A DNA stretch of 64,000 bases from a candidate division WWE3 bacterium (lineage in GTDB: Bacteria > Patescibacteriota > WWE3 > UBA101185 > UBA10185): the NCBI GenBank assembly GCA_016182565.1, contig JACPGI010000004.1:110223-174222 (forward strand), given 5' to 3'. Positions within the stretch are counted from its first letter, which is position 1; each line of letters begins with the position of its first letter. Positions 49,405 to 59,154 of this stretch are shown here, piece after piece. The position numbers and the translations under genes were made by a program. Below the pieces are notes generated by a model that saw only the letters and a program-made list of their open reading frames with translations, did no database searches and was not told the DNA's origin.

Positions 49405-50104
49405 CTTGTTTTCCCATGTAAAAATATTCTTTACTAAACATAAAAACCATTAAAACTTCATGCAAACGAAACCTATTATTGCCAGTTTGTGAGCTATGTA
49501 ATTTCCAAGCTTTAATTTTATGTAAAAGTTCACTAAGAGATAAAGTTAATACATGGGTTGGGTAGATTGGTTTAATTTTTGCTGGATGTTCAGCCATTGC
49601 AAGCAATTTTTTGGGAATAATAAATTTTGGGCTTACTGTAGAATAAATAATTTTAAGATTTAATATTTTTCCTAAATCCGTAAGTAGCTTTGATACGAAA
49701 ATATGATCTGGATGACCATATATACCACATGGTTCGTATGTTATTAGAATATTAGGATTATAGTTTTTAAATATATCAAGAAAATATGCTCTTACATCTA
49801 TTAGACATTCTTTTAGTTTTTTATCTGGAAAATCTTCTATATGATAATCTTTGACCCCAAGATAGTTCATCACTTGCTTATATTCTGCGGATCTTTTATT
49901 AGCAAGCATTTCATTTTCAGATAACCCAAACTTCAAAGTGCTTGCTTCCCCTTTGGTCAAACAAATCAATTTAAAATCTACCTTCATCTGAAGTAATTTC
50001 TGCATCAACCCACCTACTGAAAAAACTTCATCATCGGGGTGTGGGTATACAATAAGTACTCTTTTATTTTTAAAGGTGTTATATACGTTAAGTTTTAACA
50101 TCAC
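49394..50104 (-). CDS. PIG-L/LmbE-family N-acetylglucosaminyl deacetylase
   Basis: 'LIVYPHPDDEVF' and 'HPDH' metal-binding motifs. Confidence 0.8.
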   Translation of the reverse strand: MMLKLNVYNTFKNKRVLIVYPHPDDEVFSVGGLMQKLLQMKVDFKLICLTKGEASTLKFGLSENEMLANKRSAEYKQVMNYLGVKDYHIEDFPDKKLKECLIDVRAYFLDIFKNYNPNILITYEPCGIYGHPDHIFVSKLLTDLGKILNLKIIYSTVSPKFIIPKKLLAMAEHPAKIKPIYPTHVLTLSLSELLHKIKAWKLHSSQTGNNRFRLHEVLMVFMFSKEYFYMGKQDEG

Positions 50105-51444
50105 TTATTGGGATATTGAGTGCTTCTACTTCTGTCCGTTTTTGTATTAGTATCTTCAACTTCACTTACGGTTTTATTATTTCCATCGTCGTTTTCGGTA
50201 ACTTGTTCATTTTTATCAAGTTGTTCGCTTATGCTTGTAAGCTCATTGCTACTCCCGTTACCATTTTTATATCCGTTCATTGCGGCAATCATTGGAGCGT
50301 AATAATTTGCATTTGATTCATAATTCTCATCGCCCGACTCAGTACCACCTGAATTAGCATTTTGGTTCGCATCGTTATTTAGATTTGCAAGTGTTCCAAT
50401 CCCGCCTGTAAGTTCATGTAAGTAGTTTTGATTACTTGGATCAAGTAGCGTGTTTTCTATCATTCTTTTTAAAATTTCCGAGAAAGGTACGTTATATAAA
50501 TCCTGGATAATATAACCCATTGCTGTGGTTAAAGATTTTGGACCAAAAGCTGGGTTTGCGTTTGAGTCTATAAAATAATATCTTCCAGAGCTATCAAGTC
50601 TTACATCAAATTTACCGTAATCTGCCATCTTTGTTATATCAAATGCTTTTTTTGCAAGATACCTTAGGTTTGGCTCTTCGTATTTTTCATATTTATATGA
50701 ATCCCCAGTTGTATTAATCCATTGATCATCAAATGTGGCAAAAACATATTTTTCACCTGGCTTATTAAAAACTTTTTCTGCCATATAGACTTTTGTGTTT
50801 GTGCCATGCAATACCATACATGTTATTTCTCTACCTGCAATAAATTCTTCAACAACTACTGACTGTTCGTAAGTTTTCATAAGATAACTTAGCCTATCTC
50901 TTAGTTGTTTTTCATTTTCAACGACAGCATCTTTTGTTATTTCAACTGCACCATGTATTTCATTTAGTTTAACAATAAGTGGGTACCTTAAATTTATATC
51001 AACTTGGTCATTTGGAGAGTGAAAAAGTTGGAAATTAGGAACAGGTATAGCAGCATTTTTCATAAGTTCTTTTGTAAGAAATTTGTTGTAGCAAAGAGCA
51101 AGTCCTAATAGTCCAGCACCGGTATATGGCATGCCTATCATGTCTAAAATCCCAGGTATTGTGGAAGTCAAATATTCTTCACCATTTATGGAATCAACCA
51201 AATCAAACACCATGTCTGGTTGATCACTAAGAAGGGCCACTATTAAAGTTTCGTTTCCGGGGTAAAGTATAGGAGTAACACCAATCTTTTTTAATTCCTC
51301 GGCAATTACACACGCGTCACTATAAGCATCTTTTTCTGTAATATATTGCTCCTCTGTGTAGAAGTATTCTCTTTTGACATCACTGTAAATGATGCCAATT
51401 GTAAGTTCCGGTAATTTTTCCTCTATCGCACTTCCTGATGCCAT
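50101..51444 (-). CDS. ATP-grasp ligase (D-Ala-D-Ala ligase-like fold) with ~100-aa Asn/Gly/Ser-rich disordered C-terminus
   Basis: 'EEFIAGREITCMV', 'FDVRLDSSGRYYFIDSNANP' ATP-grasp C-domain pattern. Confidence 0.7.
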   Translation of the reverse strand: MASGSAIEEKLPELTIGIIYSDVKREYFYTEEQYITEKDAYSDACVIAEELKKIGVTPILYPGNETLIVALLSDQPDMVFDLVDSINGEEYLTSTIPGILDMIGMPYTGAGLLGLALCYNKFLTKELMKNAAIPVPNFQLFHSPNDQVDINLRYPLIVKLNEIHGAVEITKDAVVENEKQLRDRLSYLMKTYEQSVVVEEFIAGREITCMVLHGTNTKVYMAEKVFNKPGEKYVFATFDDQWINTTGDSYKYEKYEEPNLRYLAKKAFDITKMADYGKFDVRLDSSGRYYFIDSNANPAFGPKSLTTAMGYIIQDLYNVPFSEILKRMIENTLLDPSNQNYLHELTGGIGTLANLNNDANQNANSGGTESGDENYESNANYYAPMIAAMNGYKNGNGSSNELTSISEQLDKNEQVTENDDGNNKTVSEVEDTNTKTDRSRSTQYPNK

Positions 51445-51456
51445 ATTTTTGTATTA

Positions 51457-52518
51457 TTAATTCTCAAAACTCAAATAACTACTAATCATTTTTTTAGTCC
51501 AATGTTCTACTGCGTACTCGCAAGTCTTTAATAAAAATTCTCCATCATTAAAACCTGCACTATAAACAGCCTCCATAAATTCCCCATCAAGTTCAGAATT
51601 TGGATTTGCATCAATAACATATGCTTTATTATCTTGAACCTTTAATTCAATTCTTGCATATCCTAAACAACCTAAGGTTTTATATGCAAATTTTGCTTCA
51701 TCTATTATCTTAGCTTGAAGAGTACTGTCTATGTCAATAACAATTTCAGGGTATATTAAATCATATTCTTCAGTTCCTGGTTTTGTTTTTGCAGCATCTG
51801 TGTATATTTCATATTTATTTTTGTAAGCACACACAATTTTTTGTAAAGGTAGAATTTCTTCGGCATTGTTTCCAAGAATTACAACTACATACTCTGTTCC
51901 AGCAATGTATTGCTCAACTAAAAGTTTTCTCTTGTTAAATCTGAAATAATTTAATATTTTTTCTTCTAACTCTTCCTTGTTTTCTGCAACTGAATCATCA
52001 GATATACCAAGGGATCCATGGTCTTCGGCTGATTTTAGTATGACAGGAAATATTGTGTTACCGGGTATTTTAAGGTCTTTGTCATTTTCGAGAATAAAAT
52101 ATTGAGGTGAGTTTACTTTTGCATCTTTTAATAGCTTTTTTGTGAGTTCTTTTTTGACATTTATTTCAAGACATTTAGAGTCACCACCAGTAAAGATATA
52201 TTTATTATTTTCCAAAAATTTGGCGACATCGTGACTTGTATTTATCTGTCCTGGAATTTCTTCACACCAATTAAAAATTACGGTATCGTTTTTATCAAAT
52301 TTAGCTAATTCTTTTGCAAGTTCATCCATTGATTTAACTTCTATAAAATAAAATTCGTATTCAGTGTTAAATTCTTTATTTATTTTTTTGAAGTCCCTTT
52401 CAACATTATCTATAAACCAAATTTGCCATTCCTGAATTGTTTTTGGAAATTCATTTGGCTCAACAAAATCTGAAATCATAACTATTTTTTTTCTTGAAAG
52501 TGTTGGTGTATAACTCAC
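51457..52518 (-). CDS. ATP-grasp ligase (D-Ala-D-Ala ligase-like fold)
   Basis: 'VEQYIAGTEYVVVIL', 'ARIELKVQDNKAYVIDANPNSELD'. Confidence 0.7.
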   Translation of the reverse strand: MSYTPTLSRKKIVMISDFVEPNEFPKTIQEWQIWFIDNVERDFKKINKEFNTEYEFYFIEVKSMDELAKELAKFDKNDTVIFNWCEEIPGQINTSHDVAKFLENNKYIFTGGDSKCLEINVKKELTKKLLKDAKVNSPQYFILENDKDLKIPGNTIFPVILKSAEDHGSLGISDDSVAENKEELEEKILNYFRFNKRKLLVEQYIAGTEYVVVILGNNAEEILPLQKIVCAYKNKYEIYTDAAKTKPGTEEYDLIYPEIVIDIDSTLQAKIIDEAKFAYKTLGCLGYARIELKVQDNKAYVIDANPNSELDGEFMEAVYSAGFNDGEFLLKTCEYAVEHWTKKMISSYLSFEN

Positions 52519-52598
52519 GATAAAATTATATGTGTTTAAAATAAAGTAGCAATATTTATTTAACTTATTTAGTGTAAAATTTAACTACTACATAATGT

Positions 52599-54116
52599 AT
52601 GGTAAATACAGAACATATTTCTTTAGAAGAAATAGAACCAGAAAAATCAAAAGATACTGCTGAACCCAAAAGATTTAATCAGGAATTACAAACTGTTTCT
52701 ATAGGAGATTACACACCAATTGCTCGTGGAGAGACTTTGCGTCCTTTTTCTTCTGATTTATATCCTCGGGGAACTATTTTACCAAAATATAATAGAGAAA
52801 ATGTCCCACCAGATGCACAGAAATTTAAATATATTGAAAGTTCAGTACATGGGAGAACCATAGACGAGGTGTTACCATTTCAAACAATCTGGGCCGATAA
52901 ATACAATATTAAATATGGAGCAAGAGATTTAAAAGGAGCAAGACATGAAAAAGTAGCAATAATTGTAAACGACTTATCAAATAGAATTAGCATTCAAAAT
53001 TTCAAAAGAGATTTGCAGAAAGGAAACCAAGAACTTGCCGAATTAGAAAAAGATAAACCATATAACTTAATTAGAGCGAGCGGACTTTATGACGAAACAG
53101 ACGTAAGCTATTTAATTAAAGCATCAGATTATTTGAGGAAAAACAGTATTCCAACTGAAAATGTTGTGTGCATTTATGAAATAAATGAGGTTATTTTAAA
53201 TGGGGAGCGAACACCATTAAAAGTCTGGGCAGTAGCAAACTTACTGGAACATATTAGATTACAAGAAGAGTCTGGAAATCCCGACAAGAAATTAATTGCA
53301 GATATTGCTAAATTTGCTGCTGAAACAAAATTCTATGAGGTAGAGCGGGAAGTTCAGGTCTCTGAACGTATTAGAGATATTGCTGTTTGTAAAACTGAAG
53401 ACGAGTTTTTGGCCCTAATTGAAAATCCAATAAAATGGCTAAACACTTTAGCAAAAGTTACTGGTGAAGGTGTCATACCTGGAAGTGAAAAACCAGAATA
53501 TTTTGATATACAAGGATATAAAAATTTAACTGGGGTTGAGAGATTAGCTAAAAAAGAGGAGTTTAAAAGGTACCTACGTGACTGGCTTCCTTCGCAGATG
53601 GGAAAGTATCTTGGAAAATTAAAGAAAGTTGGTGTAAAAAATGATTTTGGGCACGCACAGCAATGGTCTGCAGTTGCATCAATGTATGATGCTCAATCTT
53701 TTGTTGGCAGAGAATTAAACGGGCAAACTCTAAAGGAGGAAGATTATATAATTTCTCTGCAAGAAGCTTTGGGTGTTTTAGAAGAGCTTTTTAGGCCTAG
53801 TGAAGGAAATTTTGTACAAAAAGAATTTGGTGAGGGTGGGGAAACTCTACAAATTGCTAAGGAACACCTGCTTACCAATTACTTACTAGAGATAGGTTTT
53901 CCGAAGAATAAACATAAGGAGATGTATAGCTATGAAAATCTATTCGATAATTCTTTTTTTGATGGAAGTAAATCAAACTTTAGATTCTTGGACCCTGAAA
54001 TATATATAAATGTTATGGGCAAGTTTGGCTTTACCTTTGATGAAAAAGCGATTACTGACTTATGGAAAAAAAGAAGCGCATTTTTAGATGAGGTCCATAA
54101 GAAAATAGGCTCATAG
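52599..54116 (+). CDS. 505-aa hypothetical protein, no recognisable domain
   Basis: long hydrophilic ORF, divergent from flanking operon. Confidence 0.5.
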   Translation: MVNTEHISLEEIEPEKSKDTAEPKRFNQELQTVSIGDYTPIARGETLRPFSSDLYPRGTILPKYNRENVPPDAQKFKYIESSVHGRTIDEVLPFQTIWADKYNIKYGARDLKGARHEKVAIIVNDLSNRISIQNFKRDLQKGNQELAELEKDKPYNLIRASGLYDETDVSYLIKASDYLRKNSIPTENVVCIYEINEVILNGERTPLKVWAVANLLEHIRLQEESGNPDKKLIADIAKFAAETKFYEVEREVQVSERIRDIAVCKTEDEFLALIENPIKWLNTLAKVTGEGVIPGSEKPEYFDIQGYKNLTGVERLAKKEEFKRYLRDWLPSQMGKYLGKLKKVGVKNDFGHAQQWSAVASMYDAQSFVGRELNGQTLKEEDYIISLQEALGVLEELFRPSEGNFVQKEFGEGGETLQIAKEHLLTNYLLEIGFPKNKHKEMYSYENLFDNSFFDGSKSNFRFLDPEIYINVMGKFGFTFDEKAITDLWKKRSAFLDEVHKKIGS

Positions 54117-54275
54117 TTTAAACTTCGGTAATTGACACATTAAACCGATACTGTTACTAATTAATTACATACGGTATCAAAAAACGTTAGGGAAATTATA
54201 ATAAATCCTTCTCGTAAAGCTCTACTTGTAGAGTGGGTATCAGTACTTGTACCTTTATCCACACTTATTATCATC

Positions 54276-54659
54276 TTGGTATTTAGTTCTTTTCCCTATA
54301 TTTCAAGTTTCATTGGGCTTTTTGAGGCTGTATTAATCTCAGGACTCATTCTTGGAGGTTTAGCTATTGGTATCATTTATTTCTGCCTTTCCGCTAAATC
54401 TCTATTTAAAGCAACAAGGTACGTAATAAATAAAGATAGAGTGGATGTATGGGAAAAAGGTTTTACCTCAAAACACTATTCATATGGAATGCGTGGGTAT
54501 ACTTCTATGAAACTTGATAAATCAGGCTTTGGTAATTTATATGATTACGGGAAATTAACCCTGTTTTTTATGGGTGGATCACAGGTAGAACTTCGAAATA
54601 TAGAGGATCCGGAGAAAGTTATGACTCAGATTGAGGAAATTTTAAATGCAAAGGACTAA
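54276..54659 (+). CDS. membrane protein with bacterial PH (bPH_2/DUF304-like) domain
   Basis: two N-terminal TM helices then beta-rich ~80-aa domain. Confidence 0.5.
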   Translation: MVFSSFPYISSFIGLFEAVLISGLILGGLAIGIIYFCLSAKSLFKATRYVINKDRVDVWEKGFTSKHYSYGMRGYTSMKLDKSGFGNLYDYGKLTLFFMGGSQVELRNIEDPEKVMTQIEEILNAKD

Positions 54660-55035
54660 TTACTAATAAGGTTACTTAAAATTTAGAAACTAATTTATTC
54701 AAGGGATTTGATTCTATTTTCATGATCATTTAATTTATAGTTTACGATGGTACTTTCTTGCCGCCTATCCTGTACTTCTACTAGAATTTTATCAACATTT
54801 TCGTATAGCTTTGGTATAAGCATGGTTCTTTCATTAAGCTCATTTAACTGTTTTTCTAAAGAATAAAATTTTGAAGTAACAAAAATTTTGAACTCTCTAA
54901 AAGTGGTATCAATGCTTTCAAACCTACTTTTTATGTCGGTTAACGTAATTTTGTCATAGCAAATCTATAACATTATCCTAATACACATTGCAATATGCAA
55001 ATATATGACTAAATTTGTCTTATTAACTAAGTGTC

Positions 55036-55111
55036 TGGTGGGAAGAGTGGGAATCGGACCCACATAGCCGGTTTTTCAGACCGGTGCCTTGACCAACTTG
55101 GCTATCTTCCC
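55036..55111 (-). tRNA. tRNA-Phe (anticodon GAA)
   Basis: acceptor GGGAAGA/UCUUCCC, anticodon loop CUGAAAA, T-arm GUGGGUCCGAUUCCCAC, CCA encoded. Confidence 0.8.
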
Positions 55112-55127
55112 GCTTTGCATAATTAAA

Positions 55128-55203
55128 TGGAGCGACGGACCGGACTCGAACCGGCGACCTCCTCCTTGGCAAGGAGGCGTTCTACCAACTGAACTACCGT
55201 CGC
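55128..55203 (-). tRNA. tRNA-Gly (anticodon GCC)
   Basis: acceptor GCGACGG/CCGUCGC, anticodon loop UUGCCAA, discriminator U, CCA encoded. Confidence 0.85.
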
Positions 55204-55239
55204 ATAAACAAAAACTATTTTAACATGTAAAAAATTATT

Positions 55240-55326
55240 TGGTGGGCGAGACAGGACTTGAACCTGCACAGGTTTTACCCCACAACGACCTCAACGTTGC
55301 GCGTATGCCAATTCCGCCACTCGCCC
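55240..55326 (-). tRNA. tRNA-Leu (anticodon GAG), type II long variable arm
   Basis: UGGCGGAAUUGG D-region typical of Leu, anticodon loop UUGAGGU, 87 nt. Confidence 0.8.
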
Positions 55327-55388
55327 ATGCAAACATGTGATATTTTATCATGTTTTCTTAAATTCAGAATCTATATTTACAATATGGT

Positions 55389-55475
55389 TGGTGCCAGAGA
55401 TGGGATTTGAACCCATACGCCTTTTACAGCACTGCCTTCTGAAGACAGCGAGTCTGCCAATTTCTCCACTCTGGC
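55389..55475 (-). tRNA. tRNA-Leu (anticodon CAG), type II
   Basis: acceptor GCCAGAG/CUCUGGC, anticodon loop UUCAGAA, long variable arm, 87 nt. Confidence 0.8.
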
Positions 55476-55511
55476 ATAAGTTTTTAGTATTAAGCGGCTA
55501 GAAATAAAATT

Positions 55512-55586
55512 TGGTGAGGGCGGTGGGATTCGAACCCACGACACACGGATTAAGAGTCCGATGCTCTACCACTGAGCTACGCCCCC
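55512..55586 (-). tRNA. tRNA-Lys (anticodon CUU)
   Basis: D-arm GCUCAGUGGUAGAGC, anticodon loop CUCUUAA, T-arm GUGGGUUCGAAUCCCAC. Confidence 0.75.
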
Positions 55587-55661
55587 AAGCTTGCTAATTA
55601 TACAATAATCTATTTATCCTCTAAACTTCTAGGTAATATCAGTTATTAAAGGGGTTAAATT

Positions 55662-56486
55662 TCAACTACCACTTACTATCTCAACAATTTTTTCAAATCT
55701 ATCTCTTGCAGTTGTATTAAAAAATAATCTTCTAGCATTGTCATCAGCCATAGGTACACCTTCTTGCCACAACGATCTACCGGCTAGAAATCCAACACAC
55801 CCTGCTGATGTAGCAATTTCTAAGTGATTGGCAAAATTATCAAAACTGTCCCCTTTAGTAAGAAGTATCCAGGGGATCCCATTTAAAAGTTTAGTCACTT
55901 GATTAGAATCTTCCTGTGAGCCAGGATATTCTAATTTGAATACATCGGGAAGAACCCCGGCTTTAATATACTGCTCCACACAAGCTAAAATCAAGAACTC
56001 ATCCTCCTTATGGTTGTAGGTTACAAGCTCTAAAAAATAAGGGAGATCTTTTTCTTTTGCCATCTCCATAACAGCTCCTGCCGTTTCTATTTGCTTGTTT
56101 CGGGTTTTTGCATCAGGATGGCAATAAATCAAAAGTTTTACGCCCTCAGCCCCCGCCTCTTCAAGTTCGCTAATTGTATATTTTAGCTTTGTTACCCTTT
56201 CGCCACCTTCGTCAGTGTAACCAGTCTCCTCAATTGGCAACAAAAATGGCTTCAGTGAATCGTGCAAACTTTTATAAGCAGGAAGTCCAATTTCTTTGTC
56301 AATTAAAGTTCCACTCATAAGGTCATAAACACCGGAAATTATTTCCGATTTAACTTGAATAGCCTTTTCTTTAGTTACCCTGTCTGGGTTAGCTGGATCA
56401 ATAGACTTCATAAAAGAACCTCTATGGTCTAAGGCAAGCATCAATATTTTTCCGTTTGTTGTGAATTTTTCTAATTTATTATGCAT
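55662..56486 (-). CDS. class I aldolase of the DeoC/LacD (tagatose-/fructose-bisphosphate aldolase) family
   Basis: 'ILMLALDHRGS' substrate-binding signature and TIM-barrel length. Confidence 0.6.
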   Translation of the reverse strand: MHNKLEKFTTNGKILMLALDHRGSFMKSIDPANPDRVTKEKAIQVKSEIISGVYDLMSGTLIDKEIGLPAYKSLHDSLKPFLLPIEETGYTDEGGERVTKLKYTISELEEAGAEGVKLLIYCHPDAKTRNKQIETAGAVMEMAKEKDLPYFLELVTYNHKEDEFLILACVEQYIKAGVLPDVFKLEYPGSQEDSNQVTKLLNGIPWILLTKGDSFDNFANHLEIATSAGCVGFLAGRSLWQEGVPMADDNARRLFFNTTARDRFEKIVEIVSGS

Positions 56487-56878
56487 TTTAGGGCAGCTTC
56501 CAATTCATCAGGTTCTTTATAAAGTATAACTTTTGTAGAAAACATTTTTAAGAAGGAAGTTAGGTATTCTCTTTTTGTCACTAAGAAAACCCTTTTTCCT
56601 ATTAATCTTGCGAAAACAAACTCAAATATCAAGCCTTTACTAAACACATCTGATGTAACAAAAGCTACAATAGCATCAGATTTTTTGATATTTTTGGTTA
56701 TAATCATGGTTTTGTGGGGAAGTGAGTGATTGGTATTGTCCCATTTTTGGACATCACGGCCTAACATGAAGGTGGAATGTCCACTTTTTTCAAGCAGTTT
56801 TGCAAAAATAATAAGTTCGTCTTTGAGTGCTAATTTATCCGCGATGTGAGTGTACTTATAAGCAATATACAACATCAT
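56471..56878 (-). CDS. hypothetical protein, possibly nucleoside 2-deoxyribosyltransferase-like Rossmann fold
   Basis: 135 aa; alternating beta/alpha pattern; no strong motif. Confidence 0.3.
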   Translation of the reverse strand: MMLYIAYKYTHIADKLALKDELIIFAKLLEKSGHSTFMLGRDVQKWDNTNHSLPHKTMIITKNIKKSDAIVAFVTSDVFSKGLIFEFVFARLIGKRVFLVTKREYLTSFLKMFSTKVILYKEPDELEAALKCIIN

Positions 56879-56926
56879 AATAAGGTAAAGGATATCAGGA
56901 AAATCACCTTTTTACAAAAACAGTAG

Positions 56927-57205
56927 TTATTGGTTGTATAAATCAACCTCTGTAAAATTTAGATCTCCGGCAGAAATATCTGACTCTGTACTGTCAAGTG
57001 ATCCAAAAATATCCTCAAAGTCATCATTTTTTTTCTTTTTTGGTTTTATTTCTTCTTCGTCAAGAAGAGTTAAAGGCGCACCATGCATGTCTTCCATAAC
57101 AGCATCGATCTTGATCCATACATCGGGGTCTTTTTTGATATCAAGGTTAGAAGGTTCCCATTCCGGGTCGTTAATTAATTTGCGTTTAATTTCTTCTTTT
57201 GTCAT
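56927..57205 (-). CDS. small acidic hypothetical protein
   Basis: 92 aa, Asp/Glu-rich with K-run. Confidence 0.4.
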   Translation of the reverse strand: MTKEEIKRKLINDPEWEPSNLDIKKDPDVWIKIDAVMEDMHGAPLTLLDEEEIKPKKKKNDDFEDIFGSLDSTESDISAGDLNFTEVDLYNQ

Positions 57206-57304
57206 AGATTATGTGTTCCTCCTTTGAAAAGTAAAATATAATTTTTACAACCTGAATTTTGTAAATTTATTTGGGAAATGTCAAGAGAGTAGAAATTTTT
57301 TGTC

Positions 57305-57380
57305 TGGTGCCCCCAGAGGGATTCGAACCCCCGACCCCTTGTTCCGAAGACAAGTGCTCTATCCGCTGAGCTATGGAGGC
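57305..57380 (-). tRNA. tRNA-Arg (anticodon UCG)
   Basis: acceptor GCCUCCA/UGGGGGC, D-arm GCUCAGCGGAUAGAGC, anticodon loop CUUCGGA. Confidence 0.8.
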
Positions 57381-57488
57381 AGTTAACTTTGCAATTATAC
57401 ATTAAGGTAAGAAGATAAAGCTAAGTCGTTTCTAATTGAAATATTTCGAAAGTTTGACTGCACCCAAATTACTAATTATGATGCATTA

Positions 57489-57974
57489 GTGAAACAAAAA
57501 TCTTTAGAATTTATTAAAAACCATTATACAATTATTGCTGTTATATTTTTTTCACTTGTATACATTTCTTTTTTTAATACAGCATATAAGGCTATAAAAA
57601 CAGGTTCTAGACCATTAACTGAGAGGGTAAAGGTTAAACCAAAAGTAGAAGAAGAAAAAGAGGCAGAAGTAATACTTAGAATAGATATAAATGGCAATGA
57701 AAAAGCACTTTCCGCAAAACTTAAAACACAAGATAGTTTAGCTGACCTATTTGAATATTTAAGATTAAAGAACTTAATTAAATTTGAGTCTATTGCATAT
57801 AATGATGGAGCATTTATTACAAAAATAGACAACACAGTAAATAACCAAAACTTTAAATGGATTTTATATCAACTCATAGATATGGAACCAGTCAAGGAAA
57901 TTGAAATTAAAGATTATACTAAAACAAAATTACAAAACCACGGTGTTTATCTACTAAGATTTACTCGTATCTAA
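57489..57974 (+). CDS. membrane-anchored hypothetical protein (GTG start)
   Basis: N-terminal TM then soluble domain. Confidence 0.45.
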   Translation: MKQKSLEFIKNHYTIIAVIFFSLVYISFFNTAYKAIKTGSRPLTERVKVKPKVEEEKEAEVILRIDINGNEKALSAKLKTQDSLADLFEYLRLKNLIKFESIAYNDGAFITKIDNTVNNQNFKWILYQLIDMEPVKEIEIKDYTKTKLQNHGVYLLRFTRI

Positions 57975-59142
57975 GTGATTCGATAGGATCTTTTTTTGAA
58001 GCATTTATGGCAGGATAAGATCCAAACAAAAGTCCTACAAAAACTGAAAACCCAAATGCTATTACAATTGACCATGTAGATATTACAAGTTCGATTAAAG
58101 ACTTAACGGCTAAAGATAGAATAAAACTAAGGAGTATACCAATAGTGCCACCTATCACACTAAGCGAGATGGCTTCCAACACAAACTGCAGAGCAATGTC
58201 TCTTGGAGTGGCACCTAAAGCCTTTCTAAGGCCTATCTCTGCGGTACGTTCAGTAACCGAAACAAGCATTATATTCATAATGCCAATTCCGCCAACAAAC
58301 AAAGAAATCCCCGCAATTGCACCAATGCCTGCAGTAAGTACACTTAAGATGTTTGTGATGGATTTTAGGATATCAGCCTGAGAAAGCACACTAAATTCAG
58401 TATTTTTTAAATCACGAAGTAGGGCTAGTTCTACCTGCTTTAAGACCAAATTAATGTTTTCATCAGCCTTGACCTTTATGGCTATTCCAGAAAAGTTTTT
58501 TAAGTCAAATGTGCGCACAGCACTTGTATATGGGACAACAATAGCATCATCAAACCTTTGGTTTTTTTCACCCATAACACCAATTACTTCATAATTTTCA
58601 TCGCCAAGCACAACATATTTTCCAAGTGCATCAGTGCTTCCAAACAGCTTTCGTTTAATATTTGCTCCAAGTATCAAGACATAAGCCTTGGTTTTTTCAT
58701 CATTCTTAGAAAAAAACTGACCTTTTTCCATCACCAGATCAAAAATATTTATGTAATTGTAGTTTCCTCCCACTACGGTTGCTTGATGACTTTCTGTTTT
58801 GTACTTTGCCTTGGAGGATAATCTAATGCTTGGAGATACAGCAACAATTTTATCTTTAAGGTATATATCTATGAGCTCGACATGTTTTTCATCAAGTTTA
58901 TTTCTTGTAAATGTCTTGGCAGGATCATCAGAAAAATCAACCTTTCCGGGAGCTACCAACAACAAGTTAGATCCGATAGAATTAAAACTATTTGAAACAA
59001 ATTTTTCAACACCGCTTCCAACTGATACCAAAGAAATTACAGCAAAAACACCAATAATAACCCCAAGCATAGTAAGAATAGATCTTACTTTGTTTGTTCT
59101 AAGTGAATTAAAAACTGTTTTTAATATCTCTGAAGTGTTCAT
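57961..59142 (-). CDS. ABC transporter permease, MacB/FtsX family
   Basis: N-terminal TM, large periplasmic domain, C-terminal 3 TM with 'ERTAEIGLRKALGA' FtsX motif. Confidence 0.85.
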   Translation of the reverse strand: MNTSEILKTVFNSLRTNKVRSILTMLGVIIGVFAVISLVSVGSGVEKFVSNSFNSIGSNLLLVAPGKVDFSDDPAKTFTRNKLDEKHVELIDIYLKDKIVAVSPSIRLSSKAKYKTESHQATVVGGNYNYINIFDLVMEKGQFFSKNDEKTKAYVLILGANIKRKLFGSTDALGKYVVLGDENYEVIGVMGEKNQRFDDAIVVPYTSAVRTFDLKNFSGIAIKVKADENINLVLKQVELALLRDLKNTEFSVLSQADILKSITNILSVLTAGIGAIAGISLFVGGIGIMNIMLVSVTERTAEIGLRKALGATPRDIALQFVLEAISLSVIGGTIGILLSFILSLAVKSLIELVISTWSIVIAFGFSVFVGLLFGSYPAINASKKDPIESLRYE

Positions 59143-59154
59143 ATGTTATTAATA

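Noticed and set aside
54700-54960. Possible small coiled-coil ORF on the minus strand between the PH-domain gene and the tRNA cluster
   Set aside because: There is no ATG or plausible start before the long open frame, and the only Met-initiated portion is 42 aa. It could be a leaderless small protein, but the evidence is insufficient.
57202-57402. 66-aa ORF on the minus strand
   Set aside because: It lies entirely over the tRNA-Arg gene and its flanks, and its amino-acid composition is driven by the tRNA sequence. Spurious.
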